A program made the position numbers and the translations under genes. A model generated the notes under the pieces. It had not been told where the DNA came from and did not search any database. It worked only from the letters and a program-made list of their open reading frames with translations. This document shows, one piece after another, positions 23,726-35,295 of a DNA stretch of 64,000 nt (the first letter of the stretch is position 1; the number at the start of each line of letters is the position of its first letter). Source of the stretch: Ascoidea asiatica JCM 7603 (taxonomy: Eukaryota; Fungi; Ascomycota); NCBI GenBank assembly GCA_001600695.1, contig BCKQ01000003.1:1639547-1703546 (forward strand), given 5' to 3'.

Positions 23726-23872
23726 TTATATTTCATTTATATTTTATTTATATATTTATATATTTATTATCTATTCTATTCTATTCTATTTAGCTTATTG
23801 ATTGAATACTTATTGATTAAATACTCATTGATTATAGACTTCTTTATATACTTATACTTACTTATTAATGGA

Positions 23873-24566
23873 TTAATCTTGAATGTTGTATTCTTCTTTA
23901 AGAGCAATGGAGAATCTTTCAATACCTTTGACTAATTCAGGCATTGGAACAGCAGCATAAGTACCTCTAAAGAAAATAAAATTATCTTTTTCACTATAAT
24001 TATCAATAATATATTGTTGAGGAGGATTAGTATTACCCTTTGAAACAAACCAAGAACCTGGGATCATTAAACAACCTTTTTTTAAAGATTTTTGATAAAT
24101 TGCATCTTCAACTTTTAAAGGATCATTATTAAATTCAGTTTTAAATAAAGGATGTTTTGAAGCATCAATTTTAAAAGTGAAAAACATACCTGCAATTGGT
24201 GGTGTAAATGAAACAATATTTAATGGTAAAAATTTATATAATGCATCAATTGTAATATTACGATTATTTGTATAAACTTTTCTAATACCAATTAACCAAT
24301 CAATAAAACCATCTTGACCCCAACGTTGTAAAGTACCATTTATAATTGTTGAAGTAAAACCACATGGAGCTTGAGCAGAAACTTCTTGAATTCTAATAAA
24401 TCTTTCTAATAATTTTTTTTGACCAGTTATCCAACCAAATCTTGTACCTGGAGCTAAAGTTTTTGAAGCTGAATCAAATCTAATAACTCTACCATCTGTA
24501 TCAAGAGATAAAAATGTTGGAATTAAAGAATTTATAAATTCTTTATGAGATAAATTTGAATTAGTT

Positions 24567-24597
<31 letters not shown>

Positions 24598-25438
24598 ATC
24601 TATTTCTTGAATATTTATCCATTTGTAAAAAATAATAAGGTTCATCTTCAATTAAAATTAAATCATGTTTTTGAATAATTTTATAAATTTTTTTTCTTCT
24701 TTCTAATGGAATTGAAAAGCCAGTTGGATTTTGACCAGTTGGAATTAAATAAATTAATTTTGGTTTTAAAATTGTATTATTAAAAGAATTCCAATTATTT
24801 AATAAATTTTCTAAATCTTCTGGAATTAAACCATTTGAATCCATTTTTATAGGAATTGTTGAAATTGATTGAGCATTTGCAGCTTCTAAAGCAGATGGAA
24901 AAGTATGTTCTTCAACTAAAATTGAATCACCTTTATTACAAAAATTTCTTAAAACATTATCCCAAGCTTGAGTTGCACCAGTATTTGCAATAATATCCCA
25001 ATCTTTATATGGTATATTAAAATTATTTATAATTTCAGTATGTTTTTTTAAAAATGAAATTAATTCAGGTTGACCTTCAGTATAACCATATTGTAAAGCT
25101 CTTGATAATGGAATATCATTAATTAAATTATTTTGATTTTTATTATTAATATTATTATTAATTTTTTTATTAATTGTAACATTATTAATATCTTTTAAAT
25201 CATTTGATATATAACCTATACCATTTTTAAAAGGTGGTAATGGAGTTTGAATATTAATTTGATTAAATGGAAAATAATCAGATAATGGTAAACCACCACC
25301 TAAGAAAACTAAATCAGGTTCAGAAAAATATTTAAAAGCAGATTTTAATGGAGATTCATTTCTTCTTTTTGATTCTTCAGAAAGTAAATGATATAAATCT
25401 TTTGCATATGGTTTTCCAATTTCTTCAGATACTGTCAT
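23873..25438 (-). CDS. ARO8: Aromatic amino-acid / 2-aminoadipate aminotransferase I
   Basis: LGGGLP, ALQYG, YLIPTGQNPTG, IEDEPYYFLQM, PLP-lysine motif RFDSASKTLAPGTRFGW, PGSWF, FFRGTYAAV. Confidence 0.92.
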
Positions 25439-25502
25439 TTTATTTTATTTTATTTTATTTTATTTTGTTTTGTTTATTTTATTTTTAAAGTTTTTTAAAG
25501 TT

Positions 25503-25526
25503 TTATATATATATATATATATATAT
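25503..25526. repeat. (TA)n microsatellite
   Basis: A run of TA dinucleotides just upstream of the ARO8 start. Confidence 0.8.
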
Positions 25527-26165
25527 GAGAAATATAGTTGATATAATATAATATAATGAGTAAATAAATTATTATTTTATTATATTTAAATTGAAATATA
25601 ATTGAAGAAATAATTACTAGTCTTTATATAGAGGGAAAAATGACTGAATTTAAGACAATTACAATTACAATTACAATTACAATTTTAATTTTAATTTTAA
25701 TTTCAATTTCAACTTCAATTTAAAATGAAAAGTGAAAAGAAATTGAATTAGGAAGGAAAGGCTTTTGAAAAAGTTAATTTGAAAACTTAAATAATTTTAT
25801 GTTCTCAATAGCAGAGATAATTCGTATAATAAGTAAACTTGGATGATATAATACTAATATTAATGATAATAAAAGTGTATTGATAACGTTGGTTGAATGA
25901 AATATTCAATAAATTTATTTCAAATAATGAAATATTTCAAATATTTCAAATATTTCAAGCATTTCAAGCATTGATTTTGTGATATTCAAACGAGAGACAA
26001 AAGAAAAAAGCACAGAAAGCAGAGGAGAGCACGGGTATTGTCGCTGGAAGTGGAATAAAGATAAAAGAAGAATATGTGCTCAAAGCTTAGAAGTATACCA
26101 CAAAGTCAGCTTTTACACCTGTAAAAAGGAAATACTTTGACTGTAAGCGTGTTTGTTTTCATAAG

Positions 26166-26557
26166 TGACTCACTCAAAAACAGAAATCTAAGGTTTCTAC
26201 GGCTGAGCATGATTATTAATGGCTATTAATGGTTAAAGCTGGGTAAGGTGTCAATGCTCATAACGGGATTGCACGGCATTAAACGCAAACTAAGCAAGAC
26301 CCACTAGAGTAGTTTTTAGGTGTATAACCACGTGGGTGGGTGTACCATTTTTGAGGATCTACCACTAGTGTGGGTGCAATGCCAGATTGTTTCCGGGGCG
26401 ATCTTTTTGTCCAGCGACCGTTTTTCCGCGCACACAAAACCGTCAAAAAACCAGTGTGGATCTGGTTCCGGGCGGCTGCTGCTTTTGGGTTTCGGCCCTC
26501 CTGCAGCTCGTATTTTCCTGCCCTGCGATTGGCTGGGCTGCGTCGGGTGTGCACCCG
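26166..26557. promoter_or_regulatory. GC-rich shared ARO8/BNA2 control region: Gcn4 site, four Aft-type boxes, E-box, CCAAT
   Basis: TGACTCA at 26166-26172 and CACGTGGG at 26329-26336. YRCACCCR at 26337-26344(-), 26371-26378(-), 26544-26551(-) and 26550-26557(+). ATTGG at 26528-26532. Confidence 0.6.
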
Positions 26558-26826
26558 CTGCGAGATGACCTGATTTGCCTGTTCCGGAAATTCGCGTCCT
26601 CCTTTTTTTATTTGTTTTTTTCACTTTTTCACTTTTTCATTCTTTCGTTTACTTTCAGTTTTTTGATTCACTGAATGATGAGTTTGATTGTTTATTTCAT
26701 TTCATATAAAAGTTACTTACTTACTTCATTCATTCATCACTTTTCTTAGATAATAATATCCAATCGCTACTTATTCTCTATTCTCTATTCTCTATAAATC
26801 CATACTATCATTCAATCTATTATAAA

Positions 26827-27250
26827 ATGAATCTGGACTTTAAGATACCAAAATTGGAAGATTATGATATATCTCCAGAAACTGGTTTTGTACCAGATCA
26901 TTATCCATTACAAAAATTACCACAATTATATTATAAACCATGGGAAGATTTAATTTCAAATTTACCTTCATTAATATTATCAAAAAAAATAAGAAAAAAA
27001 ATAGATTTAAATTTAAAAACTTTATCAATAAATAATTTAAAAAATTTATCTCAATATAGAAGAGCATATCAAATTTTATCTTTTTTAACTCATGCTTATG
27101 TTTGGGCTTATAATGAATCTCCTGTTGAAATTTTACCACCTCAATTATCTTTACCTTTTATTCAAGTTTCAAATTATTTAAGATTACCTCCAGTTGCAAC
27201 TTATTCTGCTTTATGTCTTTGGAATTTTAAATCAATAATATCTTTATCTG

Positions 27251-27300
<50 letters not shown>

Positions 27301-28458
27301 TTTGATAAAATTGATATAAATAATATTGATATTGATGATATAACTACAATAAATACTTTTACTGGTTCTATTGATGAATCTTGGTTTTATTTAGTTAGTG
27401 TAATATTTGAAATTAAAGGTTCAAAAACTTTAAATTTAGCTTTAAATTGTTTAAAAAATGCAAATGATTTAAATTTTAAAGATTTAATTCTAAATTTACA
27501 ATCTTTAGCTCAATCAATTGATAATTTAGGTTCAATATTATTAAAAATGCAAGAAATGTGTGATCCTCATATATTTTATTTTAGAATTAGACCATTTTTA
27601 GCAGGTTGGAAAAATATGAATGAATTTGGTTTAAATTCAAATGGTTTAAATTATGGTAATGAAAATTTTAAAGATATTAGATCTTATTCTGGTGGTTCAA
27701 ATGCTCAATCAACTTTAATTCAAGCTTTAGATATTATTTTAAATATTAATCATTATTCAACAAATAATAATATAGACACTGATAATGATAATGATAATGA
27801 CCATGATAAAGATAATGATAGTAGTAATAATTTTATAAATGATATGAGAAATTATATGCCTGGTAAACATAAAGATTTCTTAATTCATTTATCTAAAATT
27901 AATATTCTTCAATCAATTGTATTCAAATATCAATCAAAATTTCCTGAATTAGCTTTAAGTTATGATGCTTGTGTAGCAATGTTAAAATCATTTAGAGATA
28001 AGCATATTCAAATTGTTACAAGATATATAATATTACAAGCAAAATTATCAAAAAAATCTGGTTCTTTATCTTCTTCTTTAATTAGAACTGGTCTTGCTTC
28101 TAAAAAATTAAAACATGATAAAGGTACTGGTGGAACTGCTTTATTACCATTTTTAAAACAATGTAGAGATGAAACTGGTGATGCTGCTGCTGGTTCTTGG
28201 GGTAGAAGAATTTTAACTTCAAATAGTAATAAAAATTCTTCAATAAAATATTTTAAAAATTCATCAAAATCAAAATCAAAATCAATTTATGATTTAAAAC
28301 TTGAAAATAAATTAAAAATTTCAAAAAATAATAATGAAGAAGTTGATGATAATCAAAAGGTTAAAGATTCAAATAAAGAAGATTCAAATGAAGATAATAA
28401 AATGATTATTGGAATGGCAGGATCTTGGATAAGTGATGATGATCTTGGACATTGGTAA
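26827..28458 (+). CDS. BNA2: Indoleamine 2,3-dioxygenase (kynurenine/NAD pathway)
   Basis: YDISPETGF, LTHAYVW, LPPVATYS, TFTGSIDESWFYLVSV, RIRPFLAGWKN, YSGGSNAQS, MRNYMPGKH, FRDKHIQIVTRYI, GTGGTALLPFLKQCRDET. Confidence 0.95.
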
Positions 28459-31400
28459 TTTTTCTTATCTTCTATTATTTATTTCCTGTTGTTTTCTTTT
28501 CTTTTTTTTCAAATCTATGCTCAATTCAATTATTTTATGCTTTTTTTGTTTTCTTCATTCTTTTCCTTCTTTTCGTTCTTCTTCTGTCTGAGTAGTGAAT
28601 TAATCGTATCTCATATTTTGGTGGGTCAGCAGATTTATGTTGCATTTTTCTGTTTCCAAATGAATCTTGACTCTGCTACAAAAATATTCTCTCTTTTTTT
28701 TGCATTTTCTAAACCTTTTTATTTATTTTCAATTCTTTATTTCTCCATATTCTTCTTCTCATAAAGAATTGTTTTTTTCATCCACGGATCTTATTAATTG
28801 CTTTATTAATATTCTTATTAGTTACGAAAAATATATTAGTTCATTTACAATTCGTTAATTAAAAACTTTAAATGAAATACTTCAATTTAAAAAGAGTCAA
28901 AATTTCTCAACATTACAATATTTTTGTTTTTTTGATTTTTCACTAAATTTAAATGGTTCCCAATTGAAAGCTTTTTCAAAATTAACTTCAATTCGACAAA
29001 TTCGAATAATTATTAAATAATCTACCGAAAATTATTGAAAGAAAATTCAAACTTATCGAATGAAAAGTTACGTTTAATTGAATGCATTATTTCGAAGTAG
29101 GGTATGATTTAAAATAAATAAATTATAAAGATAATGACCACAAAAGACCAACAATTCAATTTTTTTCATAATTGGGTTAAGATATCCTTAAATGATATAC
29201 AGTATTTGAAAGATCAAGATTTTATTGATAACTTATGTTAAAAATGCTCCAATAATTTCATTTTGATTAAGTTTTGGAGTCAATTTTATCTCTACAAAAT
29301 GTATACAGACCTTCTAACTAGACAGTTTATGTCTTTAGTTTATAAAAATTCATTACACTTCTAAAGAGAAATTGTGTATTGAATTTAATATCCTATTGTT
29401 AAATAGTAAAAAGAGCACTAGAATTATTTAAGAAACTATAACTTTTTTTAAGGCTTTATCTTCGTTTGAACTTATTGAATTATCTGTCCTTATCAACTCT
29501 TAATACTAATCACAATCAACCGACTAATACGCTACAAAGAATCTGAAAAATTTATAATTTTTTAGTTTCTTTTATTTTATTTAAAAACATAAATCATACC
29601 CTAATTTACCTTTCAGTTTAAATACTGTTTTTTTTTTACAAATTATTGAATGTCATTTTTTTAAAGGAAAAGAAGAATATTATTTTTATTTTCTCCTTTA
29701 TATTCTTTTATATTTCCGAATTTAATATCTATCCCTATGCTTAAAACGTATGTTACTTGAAAACTCCAATAAAAAATAAAAGTAACTTATATTTACGAAA
29801 CCAAAAAGTGTCCTAAAGTTTTGGAACAGTTTTAGATTCGAGCTGTATATTTAGTACTGCGTAGCATTTATCATCATTATTTCATTAAATCAATAAAATG
29901 GTTATGCTGCAGACTTCATTTACGAAAAAGAAAATATTATTTCAATGAAGCCTAATATTGTTTATTCCTGTACACACCTTTTCTATTATTTTTCAAATTT
30001 CATTTCAAATCAATACATTTAATAGCCATTTTTATTGAAAGAATATTAGTTTATGATTGGTTTAAAAATAAAAAAGGGGTAAGAGATAAAGTTACTTTTC
30101 AGTGATCAGGTTGACGGTTTAGTTTACCTTACAAACCTTTACAGTATCTGTTATATATTCAAACAAGAAATGGATAGAATTTGAAAAGATAGCTTTTGTT
30201 AAGCACTAAAAATATTTACTTCAAACTTTGGTTCTTCCAAATCAAGTTTGATTGGTCTCTTAAAAATTTATTGAATAAGACAATTTGAAGAAAAATACTG
30301 TTAAATTTCATTTTCTTCTCTTTGTTTTTAAGGTTACCGAAAATATCATCTTTTTAAGGTTACAGTATTTAGATGTTAAATCCATACATTTCTTTATCGA
30401 TTTTATTATTTTACAAGTTTCAAGGTGAATTTTGCCCTAAATTTAGTCAATTGTTCATTGTTGAATTGTACAAAATTTTAAAAAATAATTCTGTAAAATT
30501 TTAATAGTAATTAAATCACGATGACCCTATTTCGAATAGAAATCAATATTTTTTAAAATCATAATGGAGAATATTACTTTTTAATTTAGAAGGGATAAGT
30601 TTTATGGAATTTTCTGTGTTTAAACTTACAAATGATCAAATAAATTGTGCTTTGTATAGAGAGTAATAGAAATTTTTGATTCAACATTACCAGAAAAATC
30701 ATACTGTAAACGAAAGTGATAGACCAACAAAACAATTTTAGATGTCTAGCATATCAACTTTGGATTAAACATCTCACTTAAGAGTCCTTCTCTCTAAAAA
30801 AGGACATAAGGCAATATATACCTAATTACTTCTTGGATTATGTTATCTTTATAAAAAGACTTGCTTGAGTTATTATCAGTTGGCACAGTTGTGAATGAAA
30901 TTACCTTAAGAATTCTTTTATCAGTTTCACTTTTAAAGGCTGAACAAAAACTAAAATGATATTAAATATAAAAAATAAATTCTAAGAGAGTGAGTGATTT
31001 GTGGCTGAAAAGAAGTAATGTAGGATATTCTCCAATATACTCATACCAAACTTTCTAAATATCTATAAACTAAATGAAAAGTACAACCATCAAAATTATT
31101 TTTCTACAATGTATTCTATTTCCTAATTAAGTTGCGTTGAGGCATAAAAAAGTAAGTAAACTCTGAGCTCGAAGCAACAGATAACAGTATTCTTAAGCTT
31201 TACAGCACTGGATCCTTGCAGTGATATACATAACAGTTAAATAGACACAGCAAAAGGCATTTTCGGGTTTCAGGCGGTCTTAGCAGAGTTGTGCGTCTTT
31301 TGAGGATTTGAGGTTTTGGCCAATAGTTGTTGAACAGGGTTGGAAAAGATTACTTCAGCAAAAGAGTTACTACAAAGCTGCAATTCAGTAGATATTAATT

Positions 31401-33996
31401 CATAGAAATTTATTCTTCTTCAATTCAAATTTTGCTGAGAATTGGGGTCCAGAGAGTTTTCTTTTTGAGAAATGAACGCAAATACTCAGGAAGCGGTTAT
31501 CTAAAATTTGACCACCGATCATTTTTTTCATTTCTAAAACTAATGACTCACACTCTTTTTTCAGAGTTAATAATCACTCCTTTGCCAGAGCATAACACAA
31601 ATATATACAAGCATAATTCAAAAACCGCAAAAACTATATGTACTGTATGCTTGTGAAAACCTAATTTAAATTTAAGAAACTTTATGCGGGAACTCAAACT
31701 GCCAAACTTTAAATTTGTAAATGTTTAAACATGCACAATATACATTTAATGGTGTCATCAAACAGTTTTTAGAGTCAGAAATTTCAGAGTCAATCCTAAA
31801 ATGTTCCGATTTCCGGCTATGAGCGGATTTTCTTTCACAAGTGTCTAAAATGGTTCATTGATATTGGTTCAACAAAAATAATGTATTTGAAGTTGTATAC
31901 AGTATTGCAAAAGTAAACTCAGACTATTGATTGAAATGAAATTCAATTTTCCTTTGATTTCAGACTACTATAGACAAAGAAATAGAAAAACTGAAACTCA
32001 AAAATAATTCAGCTAAGCTGCTTTTGGCTTTTTATTTTGTTCTAAATAAATGGCAGAGTCTACTTTTGAAAGCTTTAATCCTCTTTCTTTAATCCTTCCA
32101 GAGCTTCAAATTTACCTCTTTTTGCGATAACATTATTGAAGTACTTATTTTTATTACCGATTAATAGGCCTTTTAGTGAAATTTCAAATTTTCTAATGAG
32201 CTTATAAAAAAGGTATTTCAAAACTATTTCAAAACTACTAATAAATTAAAATTTACCTTGGGTAAAATTTGAATTATACAAGATATTACGGCTTCAAAAG
32301 AGCTATTTTTATCATAAATATTTATAAATGGATGAATATTTAGCAATTTATTTCATATGTTTGTATTTGCCTATTAATAATCAATAATCACCTTTTTGAA
32401 ATATTCAGTATATTATTATGGATTTTGAATAAAAACGAGTCAACTTCAATTATTTTTTAAAACACTTACAGTTTTTCAAAGGCCAATATGTTTATAAAAT
32501 TAGTAAAAAAAAACATGCTTTTGTTTACAAAATCTTTAATCAAATATTTTCTTTTTTAAGAATAAAAAAATAAAATCATTCATACCCTATTTAAATTATA
32601 TTGGACGGAATTTATTGAAATATGCTGCATTGTAAAGGCTTTCAAAATCTATTATTCTTTCTCTGATTAAAGAGGAAGCATAACCAAAATATAATTTGTC
32701 ACCTATTAAGTTAGTGCTCCACTTACTTGTAACTACACTTGCAATACGAAATCAAGATGATTTCATTATCCACTTTATAGCATTATAATAATTTATAAAT
32801 CATTATTTTGTAGGGTCACTGAAGTGCGGTGGGATTTATTGTAACAAAAAAAGAAGTGTTGAAAAACAAAATTAAATATCATTTTCACACTTTCAAAAGA
32901 AGTTTGCAAATTTTTAAAATGTTAAATCTTATTTAATTCACCTAAAAAGGATTCAAATGAAGCTATCAAAATAATAATGCTCTATCTTATGTGACACTAT
33001 GAACTCAAGTAGCTAGCATATCAAAGAAAATTCTGAAATTGATAAATTAGTTTAGTCGTTTAATTCATGATTTGCTTTCCCTCTAATTCACAAATCGGTT
33101 CACTCAACACCTGTACTTTATTTGCAAATAACTCAATCCAAACTAAAATGAAAAAAACATGTTAAAAGTTATGTTAATAAGTATATAAATGTGAGTAAAG
33201 TCTGTTTAGTAATTCAGAGAAAAAAATAATTAGTTCTCTTTTTTTTTTTTATTTTATTTTCTTTTTTTTTATATTTTTTTTAATTTCTTTTATTGGATGT
33301 TAAAACTTTTGATCATCAGTCTTATATTTTAAAGCATCGATAATTATTTTGCATTTTATTTGTCATCCGAAAAAGAAAACTTAAAACCTTTCTATAAATC
33401 ATTTATCATTTATAATTTATAATTTATCATTTTTTAATAATTATTAATTGAGTTTTTTTTCTTGCTTTTCTATTCTTTTCATTTTATCCTATATTATTTC
33501 ATTATTTCATTAGTAGGGGAGATTATTTCAGAATATTTTTGAAATAATTCATATACAGTATTTGAAAAAAAAGGATTGGTGAAATTTAGCTCTATAATTA
33601 TCTGAAATTTTCTTTCAATATTTCTCATATCAATACCTTTACAAATATTTTCCAGAACTAACCTATACTTGATATTCAAACCAATCAGTATAAATTTAGC
33701 AACAAATAAGTTTCAAATTCTTTTTTATTTTTGAAGTATTAAATTTAGATACAAGTTTTTTTAAACCGAATAAACAAAGGTTAGCAATTTTTAGAAAAAT
33801 ACAAGTTCCATTATAAATAAGGATTCATTTGAAGAAATAAGTTTATATATCAACTTATAGAATATCTTAATAATTTTTTTCTCTTTTTTCCTTTTTTTAC
33901 AATACTGCATAGCACTATAATCAATATTTTAATAAAGCTTCTAAACTTAAATAGAAGTGACAATCCTCTTATATATTTCTATTCATATTATTTTCC

Positions 33997-35295
33997 ATGC
34001 TCAAAGAAAATAGACACCATTTGCATTTATCTCACTCTCAAAATTTTACATCCACTTCAATCATGAGCAATAATTTCAATCCAAAACCAAATTCAAATCC
34101 TAGCAATCCTAATTATAATGCAAATCCTAATTCCAAAGTAAATTATTTTGGAAACAACTCTATATATCAACAACAAGCTCAACCTCAATCACAATCCCAA
34201 AATCAAATTCAAAGTCAAATTCCTAATCAGCAATTTCAATATTCACAATTTCAATTTCAAAATGTTAATGATAATCAATTTCAATCTCCTTTACAACCAT
34301 ACCCACACCAGCTTCCTCAGCATGCATTGCAAAACTCTCAAAGTATTCAAAATTTTCAATCCTTTCCTGGAGCACCATCAAGGCCTACCTCTCTTAATCG
34401 AACTATCTCACATCAGCAATTAGCATCTCGTCAATCATCTTTTGATTTAAGATCTATACAATTGGTATCTCCAAATCCAAGTTTAAATACCTTAGGTTAT
34501 TCTCAACCTCCAACACCAATGAATAATTTTCAATCATTAAATAAGCATGAATCATTCGCTGATTTGAAATTAGCTTTACCTTCACCGGTTATTGATTCTA
34601 CTTTAGCTGCTGATAGCCCTTCAACCACAGGTAAATCTTTGTTAGCTAAACAATCGCATTCAGTACTTTCACCAATGGACTTAAGAACAGGAATTTATTA
34701 TCAAGATTTTGTTGCGGATCCACTTTTATTCGAGGCTGCTCTAAGTTACAAAAAAAGAGGAAAGTTCAATTGTAATCATTGTAGTGAACATTTTAGTGGT
34801 GTTCTAGAATACGCAAAACATTTGGATCTTTATAATGTTCGTAGACCTTATAAATGTCATATTATGGATTGTATTTTTAGCATAATTGGTTTCACAACTC
34901 AAAATGAATGTTCCAGACACAAAACTTCAGTTCATGGTGGTAAACATTTCAAATGTACAATCTGTGAAGGTCAGTTTAGCAGACTTGATCAGTTAAAAGC
35001 TCATGCTTATAGAACTCATGAGAATTACAATAGCAGATACAATAAGAAGCTTAGAAGGATGCAAAGAGAGGCTGCGATGGCAGCTGCCTCAGGTTCTGTC
35101 ACTCAAAATCAAGGCTTACATTCTTTTCAATTAACTGATATATCAGAAAATCCAGGATCTTCATCGAATTCGATGAATAAATCTACAAATAAATCTTCCA
35201 AGAAATCTTCTCACAGTTCTCATTCAAGTTCATCCAAGTCTTCATCTTCTAAAAGCAAAAAATCAAATATAAGCATAGATTTTTTAATGAATTAG
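33997..35295 (+). CDS. RME1: C2H2 zinc-finger transcription factor, Rme1-like
   Basis: Q/N-rich N-terminus and three fingers (CNHC..HLD, CHIMDC-IFSIIGF..RHKTSVH, CTIC..HAYRTH) followed by NSRYNKKL. This matches the remembered Rme1 layout (KCPxxxCPWxILGF...HNNADSRFNKRL). Confidence 0.75.
   Translation: MLKENRHHLHLSHSQNFTSTSIMSNNFNPKPNSNPSNPNYNANPNSKVNYFGNNSIYQQQAQPQSQSQNQIQSQIPNQQFQYSQFQFQNVNDNQFQSPLQPYPHQLPQHALQNSQSIQNFQSFPGAPSRPTSLNRTISHQQLASRQSSFDLRSIQLVSPNPSLNTLGYSQPPTPMNNFQSLNKHESFADLKLALPSPVIDSTLAADSPSTTGKSLLAKQSHSVLSPMDLRTGIYYQDFVADPLLFEAALSYKKRGKFNCNHCSEHFSGVLEYAKHLDLYNVRRPYKCHIMDCIFSIIGFTTQNECSRHKTSVHGGKHFKCTICEGQFSRLDQLKAHAYRTHENYNSRYNKKLRRMQREAAMAAASGSVTQNQGLHSFQLTDISENPGSSSNSMNKSTNKSSKKSSHSSHSSSSKSSSSKSKKSNISIDFLMN

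Noticed and set aside
26279-26674. Five overlapping short ORFs in the ARO8/BNA2 intergenic region, and similar ones at 16456-16770, 45316-45630 and 58264-58593
   Set aside because: By-products of locally high GC (fewer stops), mostly non-ATG starts, and no recognisable protein features.
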